A stretch of 64,000 bases of DNA from Takakia lepidozioides (GCA_030704615.1 CM060732.1:38998001-39062000), one strand, 5' to 3'; shown: positions 24,388 through 35,790, numbered from the stretch's first letter. Notes: generated by a model from the sequence alone, not told the origin. Numbers and translations are program-made.

Positions 24388-27300
24388 GAGGTCTGGGCTT
24401 GAATCCAGAGAAGTGTACTTTCTGTGTGAACTCAGGGGTGCTTCTGGGACACATTGTGTGTAAGAAGGGACTTCTTGTGGATCCCAGGAAGACAGAGTCC
24501 ATTAAAGTCTCTCCACCACCAGTGAATGTTAAGAGTTTAAGGAGATTCCTTGGGCAAACCAGTTATTACAGAAGATTTGTCAAAAGGTATGCACAAATAG
24601 CAGCACCATTGAGCAAGCTTCTGAAGAAAGATGCAGTGTTTGCCTGGACAGCTGAATGTCAACAGGCGTTTGAGGAACTTACACTGTCAGTAACAACTAC
24701 ACCTGTGTTGATTAACCCTCACTGGCATGTAGTATTTCATGTTCACTGCGATGCATCAGGAGAAGCGTTGGGTGCGGTGTTAGCCCAGAATGTTACAGGA
24801 AATATAGATTCACCTGTGTACTATGCTAGCCGATTGATGAACAGTGCTGAGAGGAACTATAGTACAACGGAAAGAGAAGCATTGGCAATGATTTATGCAG
24901 TCAAGAAATTCAGGCATTACCTATTGGGAAGAAAGTTTATGTTTTATGTGGATCACCAGGCTCTGATATATCTGGTGAACAAACCTTTGATAAGTGGAAG
25001 GATAGCGAGGTGGTTAATAATCTTGCATGAGTTTGAGTTCGAGGTTATTTACAAGCCTGGCCGTTTGCATCTTGTGGCAAATCATTTGTCACGACTAACA
25101 ACAGGAGAGGCCGCCACAGGAGTGGACGATCAGTTACCTGATGCGAGTTTATTTGTAATGGAGGTGCAAGGAAGTGCAGATGAATGGTTAGATTGGCAGT
25201 GGCCAATCAGATACTACCTTGCTCATGGTCAGTGCCCACCTAGTTATGGTAAGGAGCAGAGGAAGAGAATTGCTATCAGAGCTTTACCTTATACTATGGT
25301 AGGAAGCAGAATGTATAAGTTAGGACCTGATGGAGTACTAAAACGATGCTTGTACCACCATGAAGTAAATAAAGTCTTGGAGGAAGTTCATAAAGGAGTG
25401 GCTGGAGGTCATTTTGGAGAAGAGACTACCAGTAGAAAGATACTACTCGCAGGATACTGGTGGCCTACTTTGTTCAAAGATGTACATGAGTATTGTCAGA
25501 AGTGTGATGAATGTCAGAGGCTAGGACCTTTGCAGAGATCTGGAAGAATGGCCTTGCATCCTACAATGCCTACGGAACCATTTCAGAAATGGGGACTAGA
25601 CTTTGTTGGACCAATTAATCCACCATCCAAGAATACACGAAACAGGTACATAATTACAGCCACTGATTATACTACAAAGTGGGTGGAAGCTAAAGCTTTG
25701 AGGGACAACACAGCCAAGTCCACAGCAAGGTTCCTGTACGAGAACATACTTACACGATTTGGATGTCCCTTAGAATTTATCAGTGATCAAGGAAGTCACT
25801 TCATGAATGAGACCATTGAGTTGTTGACTAAAGAGTTTATGATTGTGCATAGAAAGAGTACAACATATTACCCACAGGGTAATGGGCAGGCAGAGGCTAC
25901 CAACAAAATACTATGTACTATCTTGGCTAAGATAGTCAATGCAAACAGAACGGATTGGGATACAAAGCTGCTGACAGCTTTGTGGTCATACAGGACTTCA
26001 TATAAAGTCACCACTAAGTATACACCATTCCAATTAGTTTATGGTATGGAAGCCTTACTTCCAGTGGAATTCCTGTTACCTACCATGAGAACGGAGTGGG
26101 GAAAAAGAATGGAATTGCAAGACTCCATCAAGGTCAGGAAACATGAATTATACCATGTGGAAGAAGTACGTGCTGATGCAGCTGATAATATGACCAGAAT
26201 TCAGATGAAGCGAAAGGAACAGTTTGATGAAGGCAAGTTAAAGACTTTTAAGACGGGGGATTTGGTTCTATGGTTGCAGAAGAAAGGAAAGATTCAAGCT
26301 TCTAAGCTCAAATCACCGTGGAAAGGACCTTATGTCATACAAAAGATGTATGATAACAACACCGCCATGTTACAAACCATTAACAAAGAAATGCTGGGAA
26401 GAGTCAATGCAAATAAGTTGAAGGGTTACAGTGGTATCCATGACAAACCCCTGCAGCATGATTTGCATATAGAACCGCAAGAACAGTCACGGGCTGCACC
26501 AGTGTTACGAACGGAGTATGGAACACTTGTTGCTAGGCCCAGCATATACGACCAGGGTGGGCAAAACAAACGTGACACAGCCTATCACAGCCCGCCAAGG
26601 CGCAACACAGCCTATCACAGCCCGTCACGACGTGACACAGCCAACCACAGCCCGCCAAGGCGCAACACAGCCTATCACAGCCCATCACGACGTGACACAG
26701 CCTATCACAGCCCATCACGACGCAACACAGCCTATAACAACATACCACAGCGTGTCACAGCCTATCACAGCTTACCACAGTGCATCACAGCCTATCACAG
26801 GGTAACACAGTATGACACAGCCTGTCACAGCTCAACACAGCCTACTAAAATTACACGATCCATAGAATCAGTGACAAGTGGACACATAAAAACTTCAGGA
26901 AAATGGATGACGGAAGAGGAAACGGAAATTACTTTAAAAATAGACACGTGGAGGTCAGGGTGCGACACCCAGCGGAGAATGAAGTGCAAGGACAGGTGTC
27001 AAAAAGAAAGAGGAAAAGAACGGCCGTCAAATGGGATGAAAGGCGGGCCCATTAATGAATACGGAAAAAGGGAAAAAGAACGAACGGCAACTACAGAAAA
27101 GCTGAATTCATGTCGCATGTGTGATCCTAGTGGACTATCCAACAGGGAAAGTCCACTAAAGAAGATAAAAGTTAAAATCCAGTCACAGCAGATACAGCCA
27201 ATAGAAAACCAGAGAAATGATCAAGAAAATGGAAGAAAATTGGGCGCAAGAGGCGGCGTCGTTCTGAGTAACGGGCGTCTCGACAGGACAAGCCATAAAT

Positions 27301-30300
27301 GCTATAACTTGGAAACTATGGAGGAACTAACAGACTATACGCTCGCAATATTACTTACGCAGTGGCATAGACACGAAACGACAGAGCAAAGCTTTTCTCT
27401 TGAGCAATGCTTGCAAGCCCCGCAGGCTTACAAGAGATTACCCATAGCTTTCTGCGGCAACCATACGTTTCTGCTTTGTGCACTACAGGCATTCCTGCAG
27501 TTGTTACAGCCAAAGCAGTTCAGTGAATCTAAGATGAAGAGAATGAGAGGAATGGAGGAAATCAGGGTGAAGAGCACCACAATTCTGCAGAAACAAACGA
27601 TGGCTACCCCACAGGCGATAAAGATACTGGAGGAGCTGAGATTGGAAGGATTGCAAAGCCTAGATTGGACACTACACCATAGACAGTACATGTTACAATT
27701 TTTGCAGAACTTTGAGCCAAGGACAGGAACAACAACGGTGAAGGGAGTTGAATTAATGCTTACTCCCCTATACCTCCAGCAATTGTTTCAATTGCCAGCA
27801 GGTCAGGTGCATGTGGGGGAACACAGGGCAAGACTACAAATAGGCGACTTATTCCAAGAAGGGAGTTTCTTTAAAACTCAGGGTTATGCTTGTACCAAAG
27901 CTGTGTACCCAGGGTTAAAAGAGATAGGCCAGGTATTGAACGTTCTGTTTGCCCTGAAACAGAACCAACAATATTTGAGCAGATCCTTCACAGAGGAAAT
28001 ACTCAAAGGCCTGAAGGGACAAGAGGTACAATGGGCGGACATTATGTATAACGCACTAGTAGAGGAGATGAAAAGATTACAAGGTACTACCGCAAAGTCT
28101 CCTATCATAGTGTCTGGCCCAATCATTGCTCAAATAATCCTTAATTCTGGCATACTTAATGCACAAGAAAGGAAGGAAATGGGAGTGTTTGAGCCAGAAA
28201 CAACTGCAATGGAAGAGCAAGGCTCTTCACACAGTGAGGGTGGACTAGCAGCACGACCCGAGACTAAGAGGCAGAGAAGGGGAAAAACTGTAGTGGCGGA
28301 TCCACTGGCTTCACGGATTCCGCATGATAATGTTTCCCAAGCTCATGACCAGGAAGGGGCACAGCAGCACAAAAGAATGTTATTACTGGAAGCAGGACCT
28401 TCAGAGAGGGAGGAGGAAGTTACTTCTGCATCACAGCCAACACAGCCACTTGAACGACTTGTCACAAGGTCACAAGTTATCCATGCAACTCAACCCGAAA
28501 TAATTGATTTAGAAAGTGAAGGGATAGAGATTCCAACTACAGAGCAGATAGTGGCAGAAATAGAGAAAGGGGACCTTCTCTATGAATATTCTGGTCTGGT
28601 CAAGGAGACAGAAATCCCAGAGGTGCAACAGTTGCCCAAGGGAAATCCTGAGGTGCATATAATGCACACACCTGTGTTGGAGGTACCACAGGCAGAAGGT
28701 CATGACACTGTAACACCAGTCATAGATGAAGTAGTTCAGGAAGAAAATCCGGTGGGACAATGGCCTGAATGGTTAGTGAGACATCATACTGTTGAAGATC
28801 GGGAGGAACAGCAGCAACCTCACCATGATGACCCTCAACAGGCAATGCTGATGAGTTCCATAGGCAGGACACTTAATTTGTTGGGGACTTATGTCAAATC
28901 CCATGTTCCAATTACCCAATTGACAGCCTTGAAAGAGGAACTCAGGAAGGAGTTTGAGGCTCGACTTGCCACTGAGTGTGCAAACAAGGTCGATGAAGAG
29001 GTCACTCTCAAGATGAAGCAGGACTTGGGCAATACAGAAATGGCTTTGCAGTTGGCCAAGCAACAATTGATTGAGGCAAACCTCGCGCAAGACCAGTTGC
29101 ACGAAGCACATAAGCAACAGCTATACCAAATGCAGGTGCAGCATGAAAGCAAGTTGCAAGAACTGAATGCACTACATACGGAGTTGCAGACAGTGCATAA
29201 CAGGATGGCGATACAATGTGCTACATTTACAACTATGCTTGACCAATCAACAAAAGAAATAAACAGTCAAGCGGAAAAATGTACGAAGGCAGAAGAAGAG
29301 AATGTTGAGCAAATGAAGCTCATTGTCGATATGAAGAATACAATCTGTCGCCATGAAGATACTTTCAAGCAATACAGGCAGAGGGAAGCTGATCAAGAGA
29401 AACACATCGTGGAGTTGCAACAAACCATCATGGCCAATAGAAATGAAATCACGGTCAGTAACAAGGCTTCGAAGGAAGCCAATAATCTACTTGTTGCCTA
29501 TGCGCAATTGGTTGAGCCACAGGCGAAGCGCATGGAGGCTTTACAACAGCAGTTGGAATTGTACAAGCTAAGAGAAGAGCAAACTCTCAGGGGAACCACA
29601 AGCAGCTTGGTGGATAACAGCCTTATGCAGGTCTGGTTAGCACAAGGGCCAGTAGAGGGCAAAAGCCCACGGAAGCTCACCCAAAGCGAGATGAATGAGC
29701 TCAGACTGCAGGTGCAGAACATTGCCACAACTACTATAGACAATGTCTATAGTAGGATAGCAGAGTTACAAGAGGATGTAGACGGACTCCAGACTCAAGT
29801 GGAAGACCTCACTTCAAACATCGACCAAAGAGTCTATATCCCTCAAGAACAGCTAATGGCTTCTTATTTGCAAGCCAGAACTCTGGCTTTTCAGTCTTCA
29901 CAGGAGGTGCATGAGATGCCAATGATACAGGAGCCAGTACCACCACCACCACAACAGGTCAGTGTACCAGTAGCTGAACCTGTGGTTACTACAACCACAC
30001 CACAGCCACCACAGCCGGAGGTATGGGGCAATGCCGCTTTTAACCCACCTAAAACTCCAGCTGCAAGGGAGTACAGCAGGGCTATGATTATGACCTTCAA
30101 CCAAATTCCCATCATGTTGGATTTGGCTTGGAAAGAATTTAGTCCTCCGCAGTCATTCGCACATTACTACCAAATCATGCGTATTTGGCTGCCAGTGGCA
30201 ACCAGGACTAAAGTTCTTCCAAACAATCGACATATTGAAGATCATCACTTTGCACAATACTGGCACGAGGCAGGTACCATGTTGAGGGAATTGGTTGCTT

Positions 30301-31085
30301 TCCAAGTTGTACATGGATTCATTTACACCAAGACCAAGGAGATAGCAAGTATTGTCATGGGGTGCGGGCTATACTATGCTGCTTGTTTTCTGATACGTTA
30401 CCACATTGAGCAACAAAAGATGCAAGCACGCTTTCAAAGTTACTCCAGTGGAGATCATTGGGTATTACCTTCGGTGCCACCTCATATGTACCTATATGAC
30501 CCAAAAGTTATGATGCAGAAGGATTCTCAAATTCGTTCATGGTTTCAAGCAGCCTGCAACCAATTGTCAACACAGAAATTCGGACTTGATGCCATTTTCT
30601 ATAAGGGACATGTGGCATGGAAGTACTTGCACGCTGCACCAGTAATTGGTACCCCACTCATCTGGACAGACAAGGAGCTCAGTGTCTACACCAATTTTGC
30701 TGTTCAACGGTTACACCAGGTTGTAAAATGCAAACTTCCAGACATGAAAGGACAGCATTGTATGCCCCAGATGATTCCACAAAAGGTTCGAAAATTAAAA
30801 CATCTGAGAGGAGATGAGGATTCTGATACAACTGTTTCTTCACAGAATTCTTTTGACATGGCAGAAGACTATGCAATTCAGATGGAAGATAAGAAGCGAC
30901 GGGGGTCTCCTATGCCGGAAAGATTACCTCGATATCAGCCTCCAGAGGGCATCACTTATCCAGGTAGTGATCAACCATCTCCGTCAACCAGAGACAGACC
31001 TCGGGCTCGTACACACAGCCCGCCACGAAACTCTCAACGTCAACAAGGTGCTCACTCACAAAGGTTTGCTACTCGGAAACAGTAA
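24303..31085 (+). CDS. RT C-terminus (FLDD), RNase H, integrase (HHCC, DDE, GPY) fused in frame to a ~1,500-aa extension
   Basis: Single uninterrupted 2260-aa ORF with CDASG, ERNYSTTERE, WGLDFVG, SDQG, PQGNGQAE and WKGPY. Confidence 0.93.
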   Translation: MFLDDFSVYSSKNEHLHKLELCLARCRMRGLGLNPEKCTFCVNSGVLLGHIVCKKGLLVDPRKTESIKVSPPPVNVKSLRRFLGQTSYYRRFVKRYAQIAAPLSKLLKKDAVFAWTAECQQAFEELTLSVTTTPVLINPHWHVVFHVHCDASGEALGAVLAQNVTGNIDSPVYYASRLMNSAERNYSTTEREALAMIYAVKKFRHYLLGRKFMFYVDHQALIYLVNKPLISGRIARWLIILHEFEFEVIYKPGRLHLVANHLSRLTTGEAATGVDDQLPDASLFVMEVQGSADEWLDWQWPIRYYLAHGQCPPSYGKEQRKRIAIRALPYTMVGSRMYKLGPDGVLKRCLYHHEVNKVLEEVHKGVAGGHFGEETTSRKILLAGYWWPTLFKDVHEYCQKCDECQRLGPLQRSGRMALHPTMPTEPFQKWGLDFVGPINPPSKNTRNRYIITATDYTTKWVEAKALRDNTAKSTARFLYENILTRFGCPLEFISDQGSHFMNETIELLTKEFMIVHRKSTTYYPQGNGQAEATNKILCTILAKIVNANRTDWDTKLLTALWSYRTSYKVTTKYTPFQLVYGMEALLPVEFLLPTMRTEWGKRMELQDSIKVRKHELYHVEEVRADAADNMTRIQMKRKEQFDEGKLKTFKTGDLVLWLQKKGKIQASKLKSPWKGPYVIQKMYDNNTAMLQTINKEMLGRVNANKLKGYSGIHDKPLQHDLHIEPQEQSRAAPVLRTEYGTLVARPSIYDQGGQNKRDTAYHSPPRRNTAYHSPSRRDTANHSPPRRNTAYHSPSRRDTAYHSPSRRNTAYNNIPQRVTAYHSLPQCITAYHRVTQYDTACHSSTQPTKITRSIESVTSGHIKTSGKWMTEEETEITLKIDTWRSGCDTQRRMKCKDRCQKERGKERPSNGMKGGPINEYGKREKERTATTEKLNSCRMCDPSGLSNRESPLKKIKVKIQSQQIQPIENQRNDQENGRKLGARGGVVLSNGRLDRTSHKCYNLETMEELTDYTLAILLTQWHRHETTEQSFSLEQCLQAPQAYKRLPIAFCGNHTFLLCALQAFLQLLQPKQFSESKMKRMRGMEEIRVKSTTILQKQTMATPQAIKILEELRLEGLQSLDWTLHHRQYMLQFLQNFEPRTGTTTVKGVELMLTPLYLQQLFQLPAGQVHVGEHRARLQIGDLFQEGSFFKTQGYACTKAVYPGLKEIGQVLNVLFALKQNQQYLSRSFTEEILKGLKGQEVQWADIMYNALVEEMKRLQGTTAKSPIIVSGPIIAQIILNSGILNAQERKEMGVFEPETTAMEEQGSSHSEGGLAARPETKRQRRGKTVVADPLASRIPHDNVSQAHDQEGAQQHKRMLLLEAGPSEREEEVTSASQPTQPLERLVTRSQVIHATQPEIIDLESEGIEIPTTEQIVAEIEKGDLLYEYSGLVKETEIPEVQQLPKGNPEVHIMHTPVLEVPQAEGHDTVTPVIDEVVQEENPVGQWPEWLVRHHTVEDREEQQQPHHDDPQQAMLMSSIGRTLNLLGTYVKSHVPITQLTALKEELRKEFEARLATECANKVDEEVTLKMKQDLGNTEMALQLAKQQLIEANLAQDQLHEAHKQQLYQMQVQHESKLQELNALHTELQTVHNRMAIQCATFTTMLDQSTKEINSQAEKCTKAEEENVEQMKLIVDMKNTICRHEDTFKQYRQREADQEKHIVELQQTIMANRNEITVSNKASKEANNLLVAYAQLVEPQAKRMEALQQQLELYKLREEQTLRGTTSSLVDNSLMQVWLAQGPVEGKSPRKLTQSEMNELRLQVQNIATTTIDNVYSRIAELQEDVDGLQTQVEDLTSNIDQRVYIPQEQLMASYLQARTLAFQSSQEVHEMPMIQEPVPPPPQQVSVPVAEPVVTTTTPQPPQPEVWGNAAFNPPKTPAAREYSRAMIMTFNQIPIMLDLAWKEFSPPQSFAHYYQIMRIWLPVATRTKVLPNNRHIEDHHFAQYWHEAGTMLRELVAFQVVHGFIYTKTKEIASIVMGCGLYYAACFLIRYHIEQQKMQARFQSYSSGDHWVLPSVPPHMYLYDPKVMMQKDSQIRSWFQAACNQLSTQKFGLDAIFYKGHVAWKYLHAAPVIGTPLIWTDKELSVYTNFAVQRLHQVVKCKLPDMKGQHCMPQMIPQKVRKLKHLRGDEDSDTTVSSQNSFDMAEDYAIQMEDKKRRGSPMPERLPRYQPPEGITYPGSDQPSPSTRDRPRARTHSPPRNSQRQQGAHSQRFATRKQ
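26571..26845 (+). repeat. In-frame 30-bp tandem repeat (ACACAGCCTATCACAGCCC core) encoding R(D/N)TAYHSP(P/S)R
   Basis: About 9 units visible; related tracts at ~41945-42065 and ~57620-57910. Confidence 0.9.
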
Positions 31086-31125
31086 ACCGTGAGGACACGG
31101 CTTTTTGAGGGGGGAAAGGGGTAAA

Positions 31126-32192
31126 TGTTAGAGGACTGTAGGGGACTTAGACATTTATATGGGATCTGTAGGGTACCCTTAATTTTTGCACAGACTGAGA
31201 CCAACAGGAGCCTTAGGGGTGACAGCAGCGCACTGTAGAGGGGGGTTACACAGCCGACACAGCCGACACAGCCGTCACAGCCAACACAGCCCACACAGCC
31301 CACACAACCAACACAGCCAACACAGCCAGTCACAGTCGTCACAGCCCACACAGCCCACACAGCCCGTCACAGTCGTCACAACCCACACAGCCCACACAGC
31401 CCGTCACAGTCGTCACAGCCCACACAGCCCACACAGCCAACACAGCCCGTCACAGTCGTCACAGCCCACACAGCCCACACAGCCCGTCACAGTCGACACA
31501 GCCACACAGCCAGTCACAGCCCGACACAGCCAAACACAGCCAGTCACCGCTTGACACAGCTGTCACGATAATAGGGAACAAAGAGTAGGACAGGGAACGA
31601 CTGTGGGGAACAACACCTGTGAAGGGAACATGTTAGTTCACAGACGACGGTTAGAGAGGGAAACGGTTAGAACCGCGGATAGGAGGATAAAGGGAGAAAC
31701 GGGGAATGAAAGGGGGGATCATTATTCTGGGAAGGGGACTTCTGAGTGAGACTGGAGCGGAGATCGGAAGCAAAGGATGGAGAGCACGATGAAGGAGGAT
31801 TAGTAGATGCTTGTTATATGCAAAGCTGTAGTGATATTGTAGAGCAGATTAGAGACACAATGGCTTCGGCCTGATACCTTATAAATCATAATCTGATACT
31901 TATACGATACAATCACACTGTGTAGAGAGATCTGAGAGAAGCTGTGGATTGAATGGTTGAGTGAAGGAAACCGATAGATTGATGAAGCAAACTGATACTT
32001 AATTATCAATGCCAAAGGTAGCTAAGATGAATGCGAAAAGGGAAACGCATAGGAAACACCCCCATGATACACTAGCTGTAGGTCATGACTGATTGTTCTG
32101 CGCGGGCTGAGTACTTAGAGATTTCCAACTCTTCTATCTTGGAGTTTCCGCCTCGGATAGCGAAGGGATGGGTGAGTAAAAGCCGCGCGACA
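31126..32192 (+). repeat. 3' LTR of copy 2
   Basis: Follows the PPT; TG...CA ends; followed by the TSD. Confidence 0.96.
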
Positions 32193-32442
32193 AAGAAGGC
32201 CGTCATGTATTGGCAGGCGGTGAAGTACATCTGACATATATCACAAGTACATGCAACGGATGTACTTTTTTTCTACCACTTTTTTCTTGGATAATACAAA
32301 GACCTAGAAATGGATGAATTCCGTTCGCACACAATGATGACACCCGCATCCAAATACAGTTAACAATGTCCAATTTTTATTTTGGATACATGCCAAAGCA
32401 ACCCTTGTTGCAAACGTCAAGCTGGAGAGCTCTAGAGGTAGC

Positions 32443-35400
32443 GTGGGGAGCCCTTGTTTCCACCGGAGGAGGAAGAGAAGGAAGTCGTTATACTTTACGA
32501 GCACTAGGGACAGGAATAGAGCCAAACATAGAATGAGGATGGAAAGAGTAGACGAAGAGGGAAAGGAGGAAGAAGAGGGCAATGAGGAAAGTTTGGCGAT
32601 GGAAGAGCAGGATTCTGGAGAAGAACAGCAGCCCGCCATACTTCCAAGAACAGGTGAGGAGGAGACTGCATCCGAGGGAGAGACCGACGCCCAAGATGAT
32701 GTTGATGCTGGCCTCCCGAAGAAGCAGATAGTGGAAAAGAGGATGGGCGAGATGCTCCAGAACATGCTCGGCGTAGAGAGCAATCCGAAGTGTAAAGGGT
32801 CTCCGGCGATTGGGGAGTCATCTGGAGCACCCAAAAAAAAGGTACAAGTGATGTTCAACCTACTTGGAAGCTCAAACAGAGTGCGGCAACGCACACAATT
32901 TCAAACCCCATTTGTGCTTGTCTTTTTGATATGAAAATCACCTACATACGGCATCTCTGTCTGGTTCAATCCACCCGTATTAAGAAGCTCAAACAGTGTG
33001 CGGCAACGCACACCGCTTGAGCCCCAACTTTGTGCTTGTTTTTTTATACGAAAATCGGCCCCAAAACGGGCATGTCTGTCTGGTTCAATCCTCCACTATT
33101 TGGAAGCTCAAACAGTGTGTGTTGCCGCACACTGTTTGAGCCCCAACTTTGTGATTGTTTTAGTTACGAAAATCGGCCACAAACGGGCCTGTCTGTCTGG
33201 TTCAATCCATCACTATTTGGAAGCTCAAACAGTGTGCGGCAACGCACACTGTTTGAGCCCCCCTTGTCATTGTTTTTTTCATATGAAAATTGTGCACACA
33301 GGGGCCTCTTTGTAAGGTTCATTCCTCCCCTATTTGGAAGCTCAAACAATGTGCGGCAACAAACACTCTTTGAGCCCCCACTTGACATTCTGTTTTCATG
33401 TTTAAATCGGCCACATAGGGCATCTCTTTGAGGTTCAATCCACACTTACCTAGCAGCTCAAACAGTGTGCGTCAACGCACACTGTTTGAGCCCCCCTTCT
33501 CATTGTTTGTTTCATGTTAAAATCGGCCACATAGGGCATCTCTTTGAGGTTCAATCCACACTGACCTGGCAGCTCAAACAGTGTGCGTCAACGTACATTG
33601 TTTGAGCCCCACTTCTCATTGTTTGTTTATGTTTAAATCGGCCACATAGGGCATCTCTTTGAGGTTCAATCCACACTTACCTGGCAGCTCAAATAGTGTG
33701 CGCCAACGCACACTGTTTGAGCCCCCCTTCTCATTGTTTGTTTCATGTTAAAATCGGCCACATAGGGCATCTCTTCGAGGTTCAATCCACACTTACCTGG
33801 CAACTCAAACAGTGTGCGTCAACGCACACTGTCTGAGCCCCACTTCTCATTGTTTGTTTCATGTTTAAATCGGCCACATAGGGCATCTCTTTGAGGTTCA
33901 ATCCACACTTACCTGGCAGCTCAAACAGTGTGCGTCAACTCACATTGTTTGAGCCCCCCTTCTCATTGTTTGTTTCATGTTTAAATCGGCCACATAGGGC
34001 ATCTCTCTGAGGTTCAATCCACACTTACCTGGCAGCTCAAACAGTGTGCGTCAACGTACAGTGTTTGAGCCCCCCTTGTCATTGTTTTTTTCATGTTAAA
34101 ATCGGCCAAATAGGGCATCTCTGACAAGCTCAATCCACACTTATCTGGCAGCTCAAACAGTGTGCGTCAACGCACACTGTTTGAGCCCCCCTTTTGCCTT
34201 GTTTCTTGGTGTGGAAATCGTGCACATAGGGCCACTCTGGCCTGTTGAATCCACTCCTTATTGGAAGCTCAAACAGTGTGTGGCAACGCACACTGTTTGA
34301 GCCCCCTTTGTCATTGTTTGTTTCATGTGAAAATCGTGTACACATGGGCCTCTCTGTAAGGTTCATCCCACCCCTATTGGGAAGCTCAAACAGTGTGCGG
34401 CAACGCACACTGTCTGAGCCCCCTTTTGTGCTTGTTTTTTTAATGTGCAAAACAGCCTCATAGGGCCACATAGGGCCACTCTGACATGTTGAATCCACCC
34501 ATTATTGGAAGCTCAAACAGTGTGCGGCAACGCACACTGTTTGAGCCCCCTTTGTCATTGCTTGTTTCATGTGAAAATTGGCTACCTTGGGCCCACTCTG
34601 CATGTTGTAAATACCCCTCATTGGAAGCTCAAATAGTTTGCGGCAACGCACACTATTTGTGCCCCCTTCATTGCCTATTTTTTGATTTGAGAATCGGCCA
34701 CTCAGAGCCACTATGCCATATTCAAATCACCCCTTAATGGAAGCTCAAACAGTGTGCGGCAACGCACACTGTTTGAGCCCCCTTTTTTGCTTGTTTAGGG
34801 CACCTAGGCCCACTCTGGCAGGTTGAATCCACCCCTTATGGGAAGCTCCAATAGTGGTGCGGCAACGCAAATTGTTTTGGGCCCCTTCTCTGCTTGTTTT
34901 TTGATGTGAAATTGGGCGAAACACGGCCAGTATGCCTGCTCAAAACACCCATAGTTGGAAGAACAAACGGTGTGTGGCCCCCTCTCTGCATGTTTTTTAA
35001 TGTGGAAATGTGCCTCATAGGGCCAAATGTCATGTTCAAAACACCCCTATTTGGAAGCTCAAGCAGTGTACGGCAACGCACACTGTCTATTCCCCACTCT
35101 CTGCCTGTTTCTAGATTTGAAAATAGGCCACTCATGGCCTGTGTGCCATGTTCAAATCACCCATTATTGGAAGCTGAAACAGTGTGCGGCAACGCACACT
35201 GTTTTTGGCCCGCACAATGCTTGTTTTCTCATGTGAAATTGGGCCACATTGGGCCTGTCTTCCATGCTCAAAACACCATCTATTCTTGGCTCTCTCTTAT
35301 ATCAATTTGAATGAACAACCCTGTAGGAGAAGATGCAAATGGTGGCGGATGAGAACCCTTCGGGGGAGGGAAAGGAGATCATTGCTGATGTGGACAATGA

Positions 35401-35790
35401 GTTCTATGAAAGCAAAGCCGCTGAGATGTTGGGGGGTCAGAAGGTAAACTCTTAGCTTGTGGTGCAAAGTATGCTTGCCCCGGGTGGGAGGTTGAAGATC
35501 CCCATGTGTAGGTTGGTTTCCGTGCCCGTCATTCGTCCACCCCTCATGAAGGACATCCAGAAGCTGGAGGCCGAGTTTGTTCATGGGTATTTGGATGGAT
35601 CCGCAATCTCTTACGTTTGTACTAGGGATTCCAGAGGCAATGAGCTCCTTGTGGATGAGTCAATCGTGGACCCCTAGGATCCCATTTGGAGACAAGTGAA
35701 CGAATCCTTCGAACTTCTTCTCTCCAGGAAACCTTCGACCTAGGCATTCTCAGGGAAGATGTTTTCACGTATGGGATTGTCAACCATTAA
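32443..35790 (+). pseudogene. ParB-like cargo gene of MULE-2 (acidic exon to 32841, 2.5-kb repeat intron, ParB-like exon from 35327), truncated at the DGNH motif
   Basis: IPMCRLVSVPVIRPPLMKDIQKLEAEFVHGYLDGSA aligns with IPLCRMISMPAVRPALHHDIKKLQGDFIHGYLKGSA (ORF 48117); GT at 32842, AG at 35325-35326. Confidence 0.75.
32865..35215 (+). repeat. Palindrome family 2: about 21 tandem units of ~116 bp, nearly all with GCTCAAACAGTGTGCG(T/G)-CA-ACGCACACTGTTTGAGC
   Basis: Units at ~32870, 32987, 33106, 33223, 33340, 33456 ... 35057 and 35173; most homogeneous in the middle and degenerate at the edges. Confidence 0.95.

Larger units (their letters stand above)
18709..32192 (+). mobile_element. Ty3/Gypsy family A, copy 2: full length (13.5 kb), non-chromovirus
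   Basis: Two TG...CA LTRs, PBS, PPT at 31107-31121 and a 5-bp TSD AAGAA at 18704-18708 and 32193-32197. Confidence 0.97.
14168..35790. mobile_element. MULE-2, Mutator-like element with a transposase (-) and a divergent ParB-like gene (+), interrupted by Gypsy A copy 2 and truncated on the right
   Basis: Terminus homologous to that of MULE-1; the AAGAA TSD shows that 18708 and 32198 were contiguous. Confidence 0.72.

Noticed and set aside
27318-31085. Retroviral env gene
   Set aside because: No signal peptide, furin-site/fusion-peptide layout or clear transmembrane anchor; mostly coiled coil and acidic sequence.
32865-35215. CRISPR array (36-bp palindromic repeats)
   Set aside because: The whole ~116-bp unit is repeated, with near-identical spacers in the middle of the array.
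32998-35310. ORFs with repeated GSSNSVRQRTLFEP
   Set aside because: Translations of the palindromic tandem repeat, open on both strands and in shifting frames.
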